DNA from: Octopus vulgaris
Taxonomy: Eukaryota
Reading direction: 5' to 3'
Assembly: GCA_951406725.2 (NCBI GenBank)
Contig: OX597834.1
Location: 39,948,001 to 40,072,000 of the forward strand
Length of the DNA stretch: 124,000 bases
A program made the position numbers and the translations under genes. Shown here piece by piece: positions 29,186 to 44,080 of the stretch. The notes under the pieces are model-generated. The model did not search any database and was not told the origin of the DNA. It saw nothing but the letters and a program-made list of their open reading frames with translations. Every line of letters starts with the position of its first letter. Position 1 is the stretch's first letter.

Positions 29186-31089
29186 GTGGTGGTGGTAGGG
29201 GTAATGATGGTAGTGATGGTGAGAGACATGCATGCATCTCGGATCAACAATATTTCATCTCCTTTCCATATATGGACAACCTTCATGAATTAAATATACG
29301 TCTGACTTATCAGCATTGTTGTTAATGCTTATTTCATTTACTTTACAAATGTCGCTAGTCTCGTTTCTTCTGTTATCTCAAAGAAGAAAAAACTAAGAAC
29401 AAAAAAAAGAAAAAACCCAGAAAAACTAAAGAAAAAAAAGACAGACAGAACTGGAAATTATAAACCATGGAAACTACTTCTACTACTTAATATTGGTGCT
29501 GCCACCTGGTGACGGTGAGGGGTAGATTATTATTATTATTATTATTATCATTTTCTTTTTGGTTGGCTTGCACATGTGCATTCAGCAGTCAGCTGTGAAA
29601 CAAGCTGAAAATTGTAAGAAGCTGAAGGCAAGAATGATTTCGAGTGATTGCAGAACATATGCTGTTGTTTTTAGATTCTACTCTCGGTTGTTGAAGAAGA
29701 ATCTTGCTATCATCGTGTAACGAGATGTTCCAAACCAAACCAAACCCTGCCATCATTGCTGCCACACTGAGATAAAAGAAAACTGACTTCAATAAAGTCA
29801 GCCCTACTTTACAAATAATTATATTCCTTCTAGATAGAAAGATAACGGCCCCCAAAAAACATAGACAAAATAAAATGGGAGATAATAACCAATCTTTATA
29901 TATATATATATATACATTCAGAGAGAGAGATTTAATACACATAAATATACACACACACACGTGTATGTGTGTGTATTTATGTGAGTGTATAAATATATAT
30001 ATATATGTAATAATAATGATAATAATAATAATTTACCTAGAACTAAATAAAGTATATGTATATATATATATATATACTCAGAGGGAGAGATTTTATACAC
30101 ATACACACACACATTTATATATATGTATATATGCATGTGTGTGCATGTATATATGTATATATATATATGTATACACACTCACACACACAAAGATTAGATA
30201 GATAGCTATTTCAGTAATTACAAGATTTATTTAAAGAAATACCTAACGTGTATGTATATGTATGTATATATATAATATACACACTAACAGATAACTTTTA
30301 TAGGAAAGCTTATCTGCTAGACTGGCTGCAGTGGCTTAAACCAGTAAGAATATATTGATGAGGAATGATTTGAGTAACAGAAATCAAACCATGGACAGAA
30401 TCATTGGTATGCTGGACGAAACGCTTAGCAGCATATAATCCATCTAAGTTCTGAGTTCAAATTCTGCCAAGGTCAATTTTACCTTCCATCGTTTCAGGGT
30501 CGATAAATTAAGTACCAGTGAAACACTGGGGTTGAGGTAATCAACTAACCCCTCTCCCAAAATTCCAGGCCTTGTGCCTATAGTAGAAAGGATCATTATT
30601 ATTATTATGGAAGACAGCAAGCTGGCAGAATCGTTAGCACACTGGTTGAAATGCTTAGCGGTATTTCGTCTGCCCGTTATGTTCTGAGTTCAAATTCTGC
30701 CGAGGTTGACTTTGCCTTTGTGTGTCTGTGTTTGTCGTCCCCAACATCACTTGACAACCGATGCTAGCGGTTCGGCAAAAGAGACCAATACAATAAGTAC
30801 TGGGCTTACAAAGAATAAGTCCTGGGGTTGATTTGCTCAACTAAAGGCGGTGCTCCAGCATGTCCGCAGTCAAATGACCGAAACAAGTAAAAGAGAAAAG
30901 AGAAAGAGAGGTCTGATCTGACCAGTTTGAACAAAAAGCAGGTAGAACATATGGGCCAGGTCCTTTAAATGCTGAAGGGTTAAATTTTAGGTGCTAAAGG
31001 GTTAAACAAAATGTCTGACATATTTTGTTTAGTCACAAGTCACATGTGATCAACAGGACTTCTTGAAACACCATCTGAATGAAAAATGA

Positions 31090-31510
31090 CCTATTTCTTT
31101 ATTGCCCACAAGAGGCTAAACACAGAGGAGACAAACAAGGACAGACAAACGGATTAAATCGATCATATCGACTCCAATGCGTAACTGGTACTTATTTAAT
31201 CGACCCTGAAAGGATGAAAGGCAAAGTCGACCTCGGCGGAATTTGAACTCAGAACATAACAGCAGATGAAATACCTATTTCTTTATTACCCACAAAGGGC
31301 TAAACACAGAGGGGACAAACAAGGACAGACATAGGTATTAAGTCGATTACATCGACCCCAGTGCATAACTGGTACTTAATTTAATCGACCGCGAAAGGAT
31401 GAAAGGCAAAGTCGACCTCGGCGGAATTTGAACTCACAACGTAACACAGACGAAATACCGCTAAGCATTTCGCCCGGCATGCTAACGTTTCTGCCAGCTC
31501 GCCGCCTTAT
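31090..31510 (-). mobile_element. Family B SINE head-to-tail dimer
   Basis: Same aagaaatag|gtatttc junction as other multimers. Confidence 0.85.
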
Positions 31511-32059
31511 TTTTAAGATGGAATGCTTCACGATTTACGTGTCATCCTTGCCGAGGGGCCATACTAATCTTCTCTGTATCATTCCAATTTTAGTATATGT
31601 ATTGCCAAAGCAATGAAGAATGAAAAATTACCTTCAGTTCTTTAAGCAGTTTGGCCTGCCTGACACTGAATCACATCTCAAGTGGCTCACTTTTCCAAAA
31701 AGTTTGCCCATACCAGATTAAGTTCCTTTGTTTTTTATTCCAATATTCAGTTGTATTGATACATATACAGAAGAAGTACTCAATACCTCCTAAATGTGCA
31801 CTAGGTTCAAATCAGTTTATTTTACATCCTCCTCCACTCTTACAAAAAAAAAGCCAGCTTTGTTTGTGACTAGTAAAAATAAACAAAATACACAGAAAAA
31901 CACAGACACACAACAAAAAAAGAAAATCGATATATTTAATTATATATAGGAATTAATTAATATTGTAAAGGTGGGGGGAATGAGGCTAAATTTGGGGTGG
32001 CTGGGTAAAAATGGTGGTTGTGTGAGAAGGAGTGACTGTAAGGAGAGTGGCTGTGTAAG

Positions 32060-32185
32060 ACAGGGTGGCTGTGAGAGGAGAAACTCTGAAAAGGGGTGGC
32101 TGTGAGAGGAGAAACTCTGAAAAGGGGTGGCTGTGAGAGGAGAAACTCTGGAAAGGGGTGGCCTCTGGAAAGGGGTGGCTATATA
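32060..32185 (+). repeat. Short ~30-bp tandem repeat (aaaaggggtggctgtgagaggagaaactctg)
   Basis: 3-4 copies read directly. Confidence 0.85.
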
Positions 32186-32198
32186 AAGCTGTAAGAGT

Positions 32199-32239
<41 letters not shown>

Positions 32240-32940
32240 TATACATATATATATATGTATATAGGGCAATGCAAAGCATACTGTATGAGGGGGTGGGGTA
32301 GCTGTGTGTGGAGGGTGGCTTTTATAAAAGGGGTGGCTGTGAGGTGATGACAGGAATGCAGTGATGGCTGTAGTTGCTGTGTCACCAACTCCTTTGTACT
32401 CTTCCCTCCACCCTCATCAATTCATCATTAACATAAATAAATAGGAGACACACCCACCCACCCCCACCCGCCGGGGGTGGGTGGGAGTAGTTAGATTTCA
32501 AGTTAAGATTAGAGACAGAGATGGCAGCAGGGTGGGGTGAAGAGATTGATAATGGTGGTGGTGGTGGTGGTCTTGGGAGGATGGACTGAAGACTGGAGTC
32601 AATGAGGACAACAACAACAACAACAACAACGGCGATGCCACAGTGGTGGTGATGAAGATGGTGGTGGCGGTGATGATCTTATGGATGGAGGCAAGAAAGC
32701 TTGGATGTATATGAGGGGCGAGGGGGGGAGGAAAGGGGCAACGTACAGAGGTAGAAAATGGGTAGGGGTAGAAGGAGTAGGGACAAAGGGATGGGAGGTC
32801 AGTGTCCTTAGCAACAGAGGTGGACAGATAATTGGTAAGATTAGGGTTGAATAATAATTGGTTAATGGGGTCAGACAGAGAATGTGAGGGAAAGTGAGAG
32901 AGGAGAAAAGGGGAAAGAGAAGAGATTAAGCTAGAGGCAG

Positions 32941-32972
<32 letters not shown>

Positions 32973-32975
<3 letters not shown>

Positions 32976-33190
32976 ACATAAGGGACTAAAGCCATCTGAA
33001 TATGGCTAGGGACAGGGCAGTGGTGGGGTGTTACTGTTGCATTTAGCCCCAGGCGAACATCGACGTCACCAGAAAGGCTCGCGAGCCTTTCTGGTGACGT
33101 CGATGTTCGCCTGGGCAAATGCAACAGTAAACCCCCACCACCCTGCCCTGTCCCTAGCCATATTCAGATGGCTTTAGTCCCTTATGTTAT
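32973..33190. repeat. Spacer-less near-perfect palindrome (~108-bp arms), possible hairpin MITE
   Basis: Centre ...cagaaaggctcg|cgagcctttctg... at 33081/33082; arms extend to ataacataag / cttatgttat. Confidence 0.92.
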
Positions 33191-33226
33191 CGAGCAGTTA
33201 CTGTCTATATCCCTTTTAGAGAATTA

Positions 33227-33311
<85 letters not shown>

Positions 33312-33492
33312 AATTTATTCTTTTACTTGTTTCGGTCATCTGAACAAATGGCGATCCCTGGACACTTCTTTAGTTGAACAAATCAATCCCAGGACTTGTT
33401 CTTTCAGCCGCCTTTGCCGTACCAGTAAGTTACAAGGACCTGAACACGCCAGCATCGGTTGTCAAGTGATGGTGGGGTGGGGGGTCAAAAAG

Positions 33493-33526
<34 letters not shown>

Positions 33527-33671
33527 GATGGGCTTCTTTCAGTTTCCATCTACCAAATCTATCCACAAGGCTTTGGTCAACCCAAGGCTAAAGTAGAAGA
33601 CACTGGCCCAAGGTGTCACACAGTAGGACCAAAGCCTTGTGAGTGGATTTGGAAACTGAAAGAAGCCTGTC

Positions 33672-33706
<35 letters not shown>

Positions 33707-34897
33707 ATCACCATTTGACAACTAGTGTTTATGTGTTTACATCATTGTAACTTAGTAGTTCGGCAAAAGAGACTGATAGAATAAGTCCTGCGGTTGATTA
33801 GTTTGACAAAAAAATCCTTCAAGACGGTGCTCCAGCATGGCCACATGTGTGTATGTGTAGGGGTTGTGTGTGTGGGGAATAACTGTACTTTACATTGTGT
33901 ATGTGTGCGTGTGTGCTTGTATGTGCGTATTTGTGTATACATGTATGTATATTTGTGTGCGTGTATGTATGAGTGTGTGCTGTGTGTATGGGAGGTATGT
34001 GTGGGTTTATTTGCATGTGCGTGTATGTATGTGCATGTATGTATGTGCGTGTCGTATGTGCATGTAGTTGTGTGTGTGTATGTGTGTTCATGTGTGCATA
34101 TGTGGGTGTACATACGTGGGGTTGTGAGTGTCAGGTATGTGTGCATTCGTGTTTGTTTTTCTGGTTGGATGCCCTTCTTTACACCAACCTCCCCGTAGTG
34201 AGGGCTGAATGGTTTTTACGTGGCACAAGCACAAGGGAGGTCAGTTTTGGCATGGTTTTTACAGCTGGGTGCCCTTCCAAATGCCAGCCACTTTACAGTG
34301 AGGACTGGATGCATTTTACGTGGCACCAGCACCGGTAGGGTCACCAAGTAACTTTCAAAGACAAGGAATCTTTGAGAGGGGGAGGTGGCACTGGAGGAGG
34401 TGGTCTTGTGTCAGATGATGAAAAGTTAGAGTGTGACACAGAGACAGAAAGAGCTGTCTTGCTGTTGAGGAGGCACATAGTTACCCAGCAAGAGAGAGAG
34501 AGAGAGGAAGAGAGAAAGAGGGAGAGACTGGTTTCTTTCAATTTCTGTCTACCAAATCCACTCAGAAGGCTTTGGCTAGCCTGAGGTGCCATTCCCCACA
34601 CACACAACCCCTACACATACACACATGTGGCCATGCTGGAGCACCGTCTTGAAAGATTTTTGTCAAACTAATCAACCCCAGGACTTATTTTATTGGTCTC
34701 TTTTGCCGAACTACTAAGTTACAATGATGTAAACACATCAACACAAGACAGGCTTCTTTCAGTTTCCAAATCCACTCACAAGGCTTTGGTTCTACTGTGT
34801 GACACTTTGGGCCAGTGTCTTCTACTTTAGCCTCGGGTCGAACCCAGAACTATATGGTTGGGAGACAAGCTTCTTACCACACAGCCACACCTGCACC

Positions 34898-34943
<46 letters not shown>

Positions 34944-34961
34944 GCTATAATTATTAAGGCA

Positions 34962-35175
34962 GTGAGCTGGCAGAATTGTTAACATACAGGGCAAAAATGC
35001 TCAGCAGTATTTCATCTGTCCTTACGTTCTGAGTTCAAATTCCACCAAAGTTGACTTTGCCTTTCATCCTTTCAGCACCGATAAATTAAGTACCAGTGAT
35101 ACACTGGGGGCGATGTAATCGACTAGTCCCCCTCCTCCAAAATCTTCAGGCCTTGTGCTTTTAGTAGAAAGGTTT
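34962..35175 (+). mobile_element. Family B SINE (second 3' variant) inside (ATT)n
   Basis: Match to family B copies. Confidence 0.8.
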
Positions 35176-35539
35176 ATCATTATAATTATTATTAGTATCG
35201 TAATTATTATTCCTTTAATTATGATCTTTTGTCATTGGTGTTTCTCTTCTTTTAGGATTTTACAAGCAAAGAACAATAACGAAGCATGCTGGGAAGTATA
35301 ATGGTAGATTCTTTCAGCTCCGCAGATCAAAAGAAACAGAAGCAACAAACACAACATCCGCTACAACAACAACAACAACAGCATCAACACCATCAACAAA
35401 ACTCCATTTATAGACAATAATGTTTGTTTTGAAGATTGTCTGTTTTGGTTGGAACCTGAACTATGTTTTGTTCTTCAGGGATTATTTCATGTTATTCCAT
35501 CCCCTTCGCCCCCACCGGCTCCACCTTTCCCAGATTTCT

Positions 35540-35557
35540 TCCACTGACGACACCACC

Positions 35558-35588
<31 letters not shown>

Positions 35589-36035
35589 ACAACCTTCTCC
35601 ACCATCCTCAAGAGTTCTTTACAATCCTGCCGCTAACATCACCATCTCCACCACCACCACCATCATCATCATCTCCACCACCACCACCATCACCATCATC
35701 TCCACCACCACCATCATCTCCACCACCACCACCACCACCATCATCTCCACCACCACCACCACCACCACCACCATCTCCACCACCACCACCACCACCATCA
35801 TCTCCACCACCACCATCATCTCCCCCACCACCGTCATCTCCACCACCACCATCACCATCATCTCCACCACCACCACCACCATCATCATCACCACCACCAC
35901 CACCACCATCATCATCCCCACCACCACCACCACCATCTCCACCACCACCACCATCATCTCCACCACCACCGCCATCATCTCCACCACCACCACCACCACC
36001 ATCATCCCCACCACCACCACCACCACCACCATAAA
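35540..36035 (+). repeat. (CCA/CAT)n triplet array
   Basis: Direct reading. Confidence 0.95.
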
Positions 36036-36554
36036 CCATTGGACTTCTTCCCGCCCACCCTACACCCACCCCTTATACCATTCCCTTGGAACATTCTGTA
36101 ATATTCTCATTACTAATTAACTCAGGATTAATGAGGTATTTATTACTAATTAACCCCGAGATCAACGAGATTTTTATTTCCTTTCTGTAATATCGAGTTT
36201 GTTAATTTATTGTTTGTTTGTTTGTTTCTATAAATTTTGGCTCATTTGCATATTTATATATATAATTATATATTTATTCATATTTTTTTAATTGATATTA
36301 CTATCATTATGGAGTCCCCAAACACTGGATCTTTAGGAAATGTTTCCTCGAATTTATTAACTAAGAAATAGAGTGAGACACAGAGAGAGAGGGAGAGAGA
36401 GGGTGTGTGTGTGTGTCTTTCTATCTGTGTTTGTCCCCCACCACTGTTTGGCAACTGGTGTTGATGTGTTTATGTCTACATATTGTAGCAGTTCAGCAAA
36501 AGAGACTGATAAAATAAGTACCAGGCTTAAAAAAAAATAAATAAGTACAGACGA

Positions 36555-36920
36555 CTGGCAAGCCAGAAGGCTGCACCAGGCTCCAATCTGAGCTGGCAAG
36601 GTTTCTACAGCTGGATGGCATTTCGTAACACCAACCACTCCGAGAGTGTAGTGGGTGCTTTTTACATGCCACCGCCATGAGGACCACTCAGGCAGTACTG
36701 GCATTGACCATGCTTCAATGGTGCCTTTTACGTGCCACCAGCACAGGAGCAAGTCAGGTGGCACTGGCAACAACCATGTTTAAATGGTGCTTTTTACATG
36801 CCACTTGCATGGGAGCTGGTCAGGCCACACTGGCAATGACCATGCTCAAATGGTGCTTTTTATGTGCCACCAGCACAGGAGCCAGTCAGGCGACACTGGT
36901 AACGGCCAAGCTTGAGCAGT
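36555..36920 (-). mobile_element. RTE 3'UTR fragment with tandem ~60-bp internal repeats
   Basis: Homologous to 108700-109050. Confidence 0.75.
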
Positions 36921-37192
36921 GCTAAATCTAGAGTTGTTTGTTTTGAAGCTTTTTTGTGTTCTCTATAAATCTCTTGGTAACATGCAGAAGCATTTGTTAT
37001 GGTAACAGAAACTTTTGCCCTTCATTCAAAATTTGGGCCTTTATAGTTATTATAAAATAAAACACATAAACCTGGGAGCTCAAAAAGCGGGCCCTTGTAC
37101 AATTGAGGTATTACTGTATATATGTGCTTGCATGTATGTGTGCAAATGTATATGTATATATGTGAGCATATATACATGTATACGTGTGTATA

Positions 37193-37227
<35 letters not shown>

Positions 37228-39888
37228 ATATGAATGTGTATATATTTAAATATGTATTTGTGTGTGTATATATGAGTGTGTGTGTAAATGCATACATATG
37301 TATTTGTGTGTGTAAATGTATATGTAGACATGTGCGAGTGTATATACATGTATATGCATGTGTATAAATATGTGAGCTTGTGTGTGTGTATATATAACCA
37401 TGTGTGTCTGTGTGTGTGAGTCTATAGTTATGTGTGTGTGAGTCTATAGCCATGTGTGTGTCTGCGCATAACCACGTATGTGTACATGTGTATGTATAAC
37501 TGTGTGTGTGTGCATGTAACGATGTGTATGTGTGTATAGCCATGTGCATATCTATAACTGTCTGTGCACGTAAAGTCTATAGCTATGTGTGTGTATAACC
37601 GTGTGTGTGTGTATGTGTGTGATTGAGTGCCAAACAGCACTTTAGGAGAAAGATATGTCAAAGAATGCTTATAAGTCTGTTAACCACTAGACTTGCCACA
37701 AAACCACTACCACCACCACCACCACCACTCAACCATCACTGCCACCACCATGACAATGATCCTCATTATCACTGCCACCATGCCCACCACCACAAAAGTA
37801 TGTAAGTGGTCATCCGATGAAGGCTCTCAAGTGCAGTGTTATTGAGAAGCCCTTCCAAAAGAACTTTCCTCAGCCAATCTGGCCCCACTGACCAAGTGGA
37901 AGTAATTTTCAATTGTCATGACTCACACAATCCCAGAACAACAACAGGAACCACAGTGGCAAGAACAGCAACAACAACAACAACCACAATTTATTTATTT
38001 AATAAGATTCTGTGATCATATCAAGTTAAGGTGGCGGATAATTGAGAAGAGTTGCTTTGTGAAATAATTCTTGACACGAATCCTTTTGTTATCGTATTTC
38101 TGTTGAGATGATCTGCGTTTCTTTCAGTTAATTTTGAATATAACAAAGAATTTTGTAAAATACCTTACAAACTTACATAGGCGTAAGAGTGGCTGGGTGG
38201 TAAGTAGTTTGCTAAGGCAACGAACTGGCAGAAATGTTAGCACGCTGGGCAAAATGCTTTGCCATATTTCGCCTGCCGCTACGTTCTGAGTTCGAATTCT
38301 GCCAAGGTCGACTTTGCCTTTCATCTTTTCAGGGTCAATAAATTAAGTACCAGTTACGCACTGGGGTCGATGTAATCGACTTAATCCCTTTGTCTGTCCT
38401 TGTTTGTCCTCTCTGTGTTTAGCCTCTTGTGGGCAGTAAAGAGATAGGAAGAAGTTTTGTTAATGAACAGCTTGTGATTTCAAAGCGACAAAAATATTTT
38501 GACGGAAATGAAATTTAAATGTTGAAGTGAAACTAACGGTTTTTTTATGTTCTTCAATGGCTTACAAACATCCTCCAGGCTGCAACTGTTTTTTTTCTCT
38601 TTTCTCAGCACACGATCTCATAACAAGTCACTTGCCATGCAAGTACATCTCGGTAATATTACCACCATCATTTTCTCAATCTCTAACAGAAGCTCAAAGC
38701 CACAATTTTGACCAGAGATGCGTATACCACTCCCAATATATGCCACAAGAGTCAAAGGAAATATAAAGTGCCTACGTCTTTGTAATAACTACAATGACTC
38801 TACCAAACTCTCACAGTTCCAATAATATCTAATCAGAGATCAAAGCCGTTTCCAAACAAATGATACTCAGAACTACAATTTTATTATCATCTAATATTAC
38901 ACAGAATAAACCAAGATTTTCTTTGAACGACACAACTTTATTTTCTCTCTTTTCGCAGAGAGAGTATTTTAACGAATATACTTTTAATTTTAACGAGGCA
39001 GCTTTTGTAATATTTCATTTAAAAGCCAAGTATTGTTTTTGTTGTTAGTTTCTGACAAGTCTCATAGATTATATATATATTTTCTCATTTTTTTTTTTTA
39101 ATATTCTTATTTATTTGTTTATCATTGAAGAAACAGTCTCTAGAGCAATTATTTACCATTCCACAGTAACCAGAATGGTTATCTATTAACTACAGAAAAT
39201 TCTGATATCAATCAGGCACCATAGTCTCATCAAAGAACTAATGGTTTGAAGAAAAGAAATTAGCCATCTTGTAGAGTTAAATAATTTTTACATTGTCTAG
39301 CTAGGAAACACACACACACAGGAATACATGAGCACATATACATAAACACACACACACCCATGAAAATAGACATGCACACACATGTGAGCAGACACACACA
39401 CACACACAAATATGTGAGCACATGTATATGAACACAAACATAAAAATAGATATACATATACACACACAGAAATACAGATGTAGCTACATACACACACGTG
39501 CACACACACACAAATACAGACAACCGCACCCAGACATATATGCATGGGCACATGCATCCACTCACAAATGCACACACACACATACGAGCACATATAAAAA
39601 TACAGGTGCACACACACACACACACACATCACTTATTTGTATGAAAGTGATCAGAGATAAAAATCATTCAGAAAATTCCCATCAAATAATGGCAAGTAAA
39701 ACAAAAAAAAAATATCAAAGTGATTTTATGAAGTTAAATATTTACAATGTCTAGTTTAGATATTTACACACACACAGATACACACACACACACAATTATA
39801 CATACTCAGATACACACACACACACACTCAATTATACATACACAGACACACACATAATTATACATACTCAGACACACACATGTATATA

Positions 39889-40320
39889 CAGGGTGTGGTG
39901 GTTAAATTATCACCATTTTATATTTTTAGTTCCACATGTGAATTGTTTGTTTTGATTTTGTCAACTACACAGTATAGTAGGGTCAGTTGGGTACTGTCTG
40001 TGAGAAAAACAGGCACCACGATGCAATTCACTCAGCCAGAAATTTGGAAATGACATGCTGCACTGCTTGGCATTCACGCCAGAAGCTCCATTATGAACAT
40101 TTCAGAGTTTTTGGGTGTCAATCTGAGGACAATCTAAGGACACGTACTGAGAGCGATAAAAATCAAACATCCAGCCAACATCATGGTGTTTGAAGGGATC
40201 ACTAGTGATGGCGATGTTATGCCTCCATTCATCTGACTCAACACAGATGCCTACATCAAGTGCCTGGAGGAGGTAGTGCTGCCTCAAGGGTGGCTGCTGG
40301 AAGACTCTATGTCTGGATTT
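39889..40320 (+). mobile_element. maT/Tc1-mariner DNA transposon remnant
   Basis: TA-CAGGGTG terminus; KHPANIMVFEGITSDGDVMPPFI..LNTDAYIKCLEEVVLP transposase remnant; same family as 66015-66681. Confidence 0.8.
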
Positions 40321-40709
40321 TATGAAAAGATGGGAAGCATCATATTTTCTGTCACTCACGGGAAAAAAAAACAACCTTTCGAGATAAGAAAAATAAAAAA
40401 CAAAAGATAAAATATAAACGCTAAAGTGCTTCTCTCCCCTTAAGGAGAATACTCACCCTCTCTATTATTTCATAGAAGTCATTCATTCACTTCTACTCTT
40501 TTACTCCTTAACCAACTGTAAACAGCACCAGTTGTTGTTCCTAATCAAGTAACGATGTAATTTGACCAATATCTACTTGATAGGTGGAACTACTTTTTTA
40601 TTTTTTTACACAAGTGTCATCCTCTCCAGGATAACTTCCAAGTGTAAATAGCAATGCCCTTCAACTTCCTTTAGGCATTTCCACTTAGATGTGTCCATAT
40701 ATCATATCG

Positions 40710-40955
40710 TGGAGGTGCATGGCTTAGTGGTTAGGGTGTCAGCATCATGATCGTAAGATTGTGGTTTCGATTCCGGACCGGGCAACGCGTTGTTTTCTTG
40801 AGCAAAACACTTCATCGCCTGTTGCTCCAGTCCACTCAGCTCGCAAAAATGAGTAATGCTGCGATGGACTGACGTCCCGTCCAGCTGGGGAACAAATACG
40901 CCATAGAAACTGGGAAACTGGGCCCATGAGCCTGGCTAGGCTTTAAAAGGGCGCA
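40710..40955 (+). mobile_element. tRNA-derived SINE, head K + Meta-like tail
   Basis: tggcttagtggttaggg...ggtttcgattcc; gcgatggactgacgtcccgtccagctgggg...gaaactggg. Confidence 0.8.
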
Positions 40956-41236
40956 TTTATTTTTATGTATCATATCAAGGAGACACAATGACAGAATTGT
41001 TAGCATGTAGGACAAAATGCATAACAGCATTTTCTCTGGATCTTTACATTCTCAGTTCAAATCCTGTTGATGTATGAAACTTTGCCAAGCAACTAGATCA
41101 AAACGTATGTAGGACTTTTAATGCTTATTTTAAAATTAAAGTTATATGTTCCTTTAAAATCATTTATTTGCTATATTTTATTGTGCAAATGATACAAATA
41201 AAATAAGCATCCGTTATTAACTCTATGTTAATAATG

Positions 41237-41640
41237 AGGGCGGCGAACTGGCAGAAACGTTAGCACACTGGGTGAAATGCTTAGTGTATTTCGTCAGTCT
41301 TTATGTTCTGAGTTCAAATTCTGCCGAGGTCGACTTTGCCTTTCATCCTTTCGGGATCAATTAAATAAGTACCAGTTACACATTGGGGTCGATATAATTG
41401 ACTTAATCCGTTTGTCTGTCCTCGTTTGTCCTCTCCGTGTTTAGCCCCTTGTGGGTAGTAAAGAAATAAGTATTTCGTCAGTCTTTACATTCTGAGTTCA
41501 AATTCTGTCAATGTCAACTTTGCCTTCTATCCTTTCAGGGTCAATAAATTAAGTACCAGTTACGTACTGGAGTCGATCTAATTAATTGGGGGCCCCTCCC
41601 CCTAAATTTCAGGCCTTGTGCCTAAAGTAGAAAGGATTAT
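41237..41640 (+). mobile_element. Family B SINE dimer (first 3' variant then second)
   Basis: aagaaataa|gtatttcgtc junction. Confidence 0.85.
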
Positions 41641-41754
41641 TAACTCAATGTTTTCTTATATTAATATATACATATAAATCTGGCACACAGCGGTTATACT
41701 GATAAGGGTTCCAGTTAATCCAATCAATGGATCAACCTGCTTATAAAATGAACA

Positions 41755-41975
41755 ATTGTTTCGGCTGCTGTTTTCCTCGGCAGAAAACCAAATTTCACAG
41801 AAGCACTCTGTTCCTTCATTTCAGCCATTGCAAAATAAATCGATGGACAGGGGAGAAGCACTGCAAAGTAAAGATGCACCATGTGGCAGTAGGACGGCAC
41901 TTGACACCGCCAGTCGGTATAGTGATGTCTGAGTGTCACATCAAGTGGCTCCTAGTAGTGGAAACCTGAACTACA
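41755..41975 (-). mobile_element. Mariner transposase N-terminal fragment
   Basis: MAEMKEQSASVKFGFLPRKTAAETIV resembles the mariner MxxxKEQRxxVKFCFxLGKTAAET helix-turn-helix start. Confidence 0.7.
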
Positions 41976-42034
41976 ACAGGCTTGTTCCACAGAGAACATT
42001 TTCAGTTACTTTTCGGCACCGCTTTGTGTGTGTG

Positions 42035-42220
42035 TATGATAGATTGCTAGCCACTAAACCTTTTTCTATTTTCTCTCCCTGTTTATTTCTGTGTTCCTTT
42101 CTGTCGAAGAGCATAGGCTCGAAATGTAAAAGACGTTCTCACTTTCTGAGCGTTAAACTAATACATCTGTTTGTTGTTTACACATCCATCTTCGTCTTTT
42201 GTTTCTTTTTGTAAGTTCAC
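42035..42220 (+). mobile_element. Penelope-like fragment with hammerhead-like motif at 42097-42133
   Basis: cttt CTGTCGA AGAGC ATAG GCTC GAAAT GTA AAAG; same family as 78450 and 93638. Confidence 0.6.
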
Positions 42221-42233
42221 ACTATATACATAT

Positions 42234-42274
<41 letters not shown>

Positions 42275-42302
42275 CACACACATACACACACACATAGACA
42301 TA

Positions 42303-42518
42303 TGAGGGGGTGCCGAATAGTTCCTGGCTTTAAGGGTATAGCAAAAGGCCAAGTTGAAGGCCCAACATTCCAAGTTCTTTTAAGGGCTTAGAAAAACTGA
42401 AGGACCACTGCAAAAAGTGTGCGAATCTGAGAGGGGAATATGTTGAATAAAATCATAATTAACTGATCCTCCTGTATTTTCTTTTACCAGAAGCCAGGAA
42501 CTTTTTAGCGCACCCTCA
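42303..42518 (+). mobile_element. Mariner-derived MITE
   Basis: TA flanks; TIRs tgagggggtgccgaatagttcctggct / agccaggaactttttagcgcaccctca; encodes a GLEKLKDHCKKCANLRGEYVE* C-terminal remnant. Confidence 0.85.
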
Positions 42519-42707
42519 TATGTGTGCATGTGTGTGTGTGTGTGTCTGTCTGTATGTATATACACACATATTCTTCAGAACTGTGCATACACTAAATATA
42601 AATAAACAAATATATATATAAAATTTTATCTCTCCCACATCACATTATTTACACATACACACACAAACATGCATGCAAGCATACATGCATGCACATACAC
42701 GTGTGTG

Positions 42708-43504
<797 letters not shown>

Positions 43505-43824
43505 ATGTTTTTCCATTAACCAATATTCCTGCCGAAGTTTAAAACACAAAGATCTGTTAGACTCAACAACGATGACAACAACAACAATGACAACAACAGC
43601 AACAACAAGAACAACGATAATAACAAAAACAGCATAAACGTAATATCTAATGCTATCAGAAACATTTAGGAGCAAAAAAAAAAACAATAAACAATAAACA
43701 AATCACTTTGTCAAGAAAAACACTGGAGGTGGGTGGCTGGGTGGGGGGCGGGGAGCATTTATGTTAATAGAGATGCTAGTTTAAGATGATGAGAATCGGA
43801 GTAAGGTGGAGGCGGGGGGGATCT

Positions 43825-43861
<37 letters not shown>

Positions 43862-44041
43862 ACGGTATTATTGGTTTCACTTTACCTTACGTTCTACAGT
43901 TGTGTTGTTGCCCATAGCAGCCTCTTTGACAGTGTGTGTATATTAGTTTGAAGAGGATGTATATTTTCGTTGCAAGAAGCATCTTTGCCTTTAAGATGTC
44001 TTTGGTTACATGTAAACAATGAAAGAGCCGATGGGAGGGGC

Positions 44042-44080
<39 letters not shown>

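Noticed and set aside
35256-35412. Plus-strand terminal exon candidate (GFYKQRTITKHAGKYNGRFFQLRRSKE...)
   Set aside because: Acceptor-like site, but no recognisable homology and no compatible upstream plus-strand exons found.
38609-38766. Plus-strand exon candidate after a strong pyrimidine tract
   Set aside because: No recognisable protein and no partner exons; such tracts are common in this AT-rich DNA.
40710-40790. tRNA-like sequence, with similar ones at 19105, 45626, 76781 and 120050
   Set aside because: A/B boxes are present, but there is no closed acceptor stem and the sequence continues into SINE bodies; these are SINE heads, not tRNA genes.
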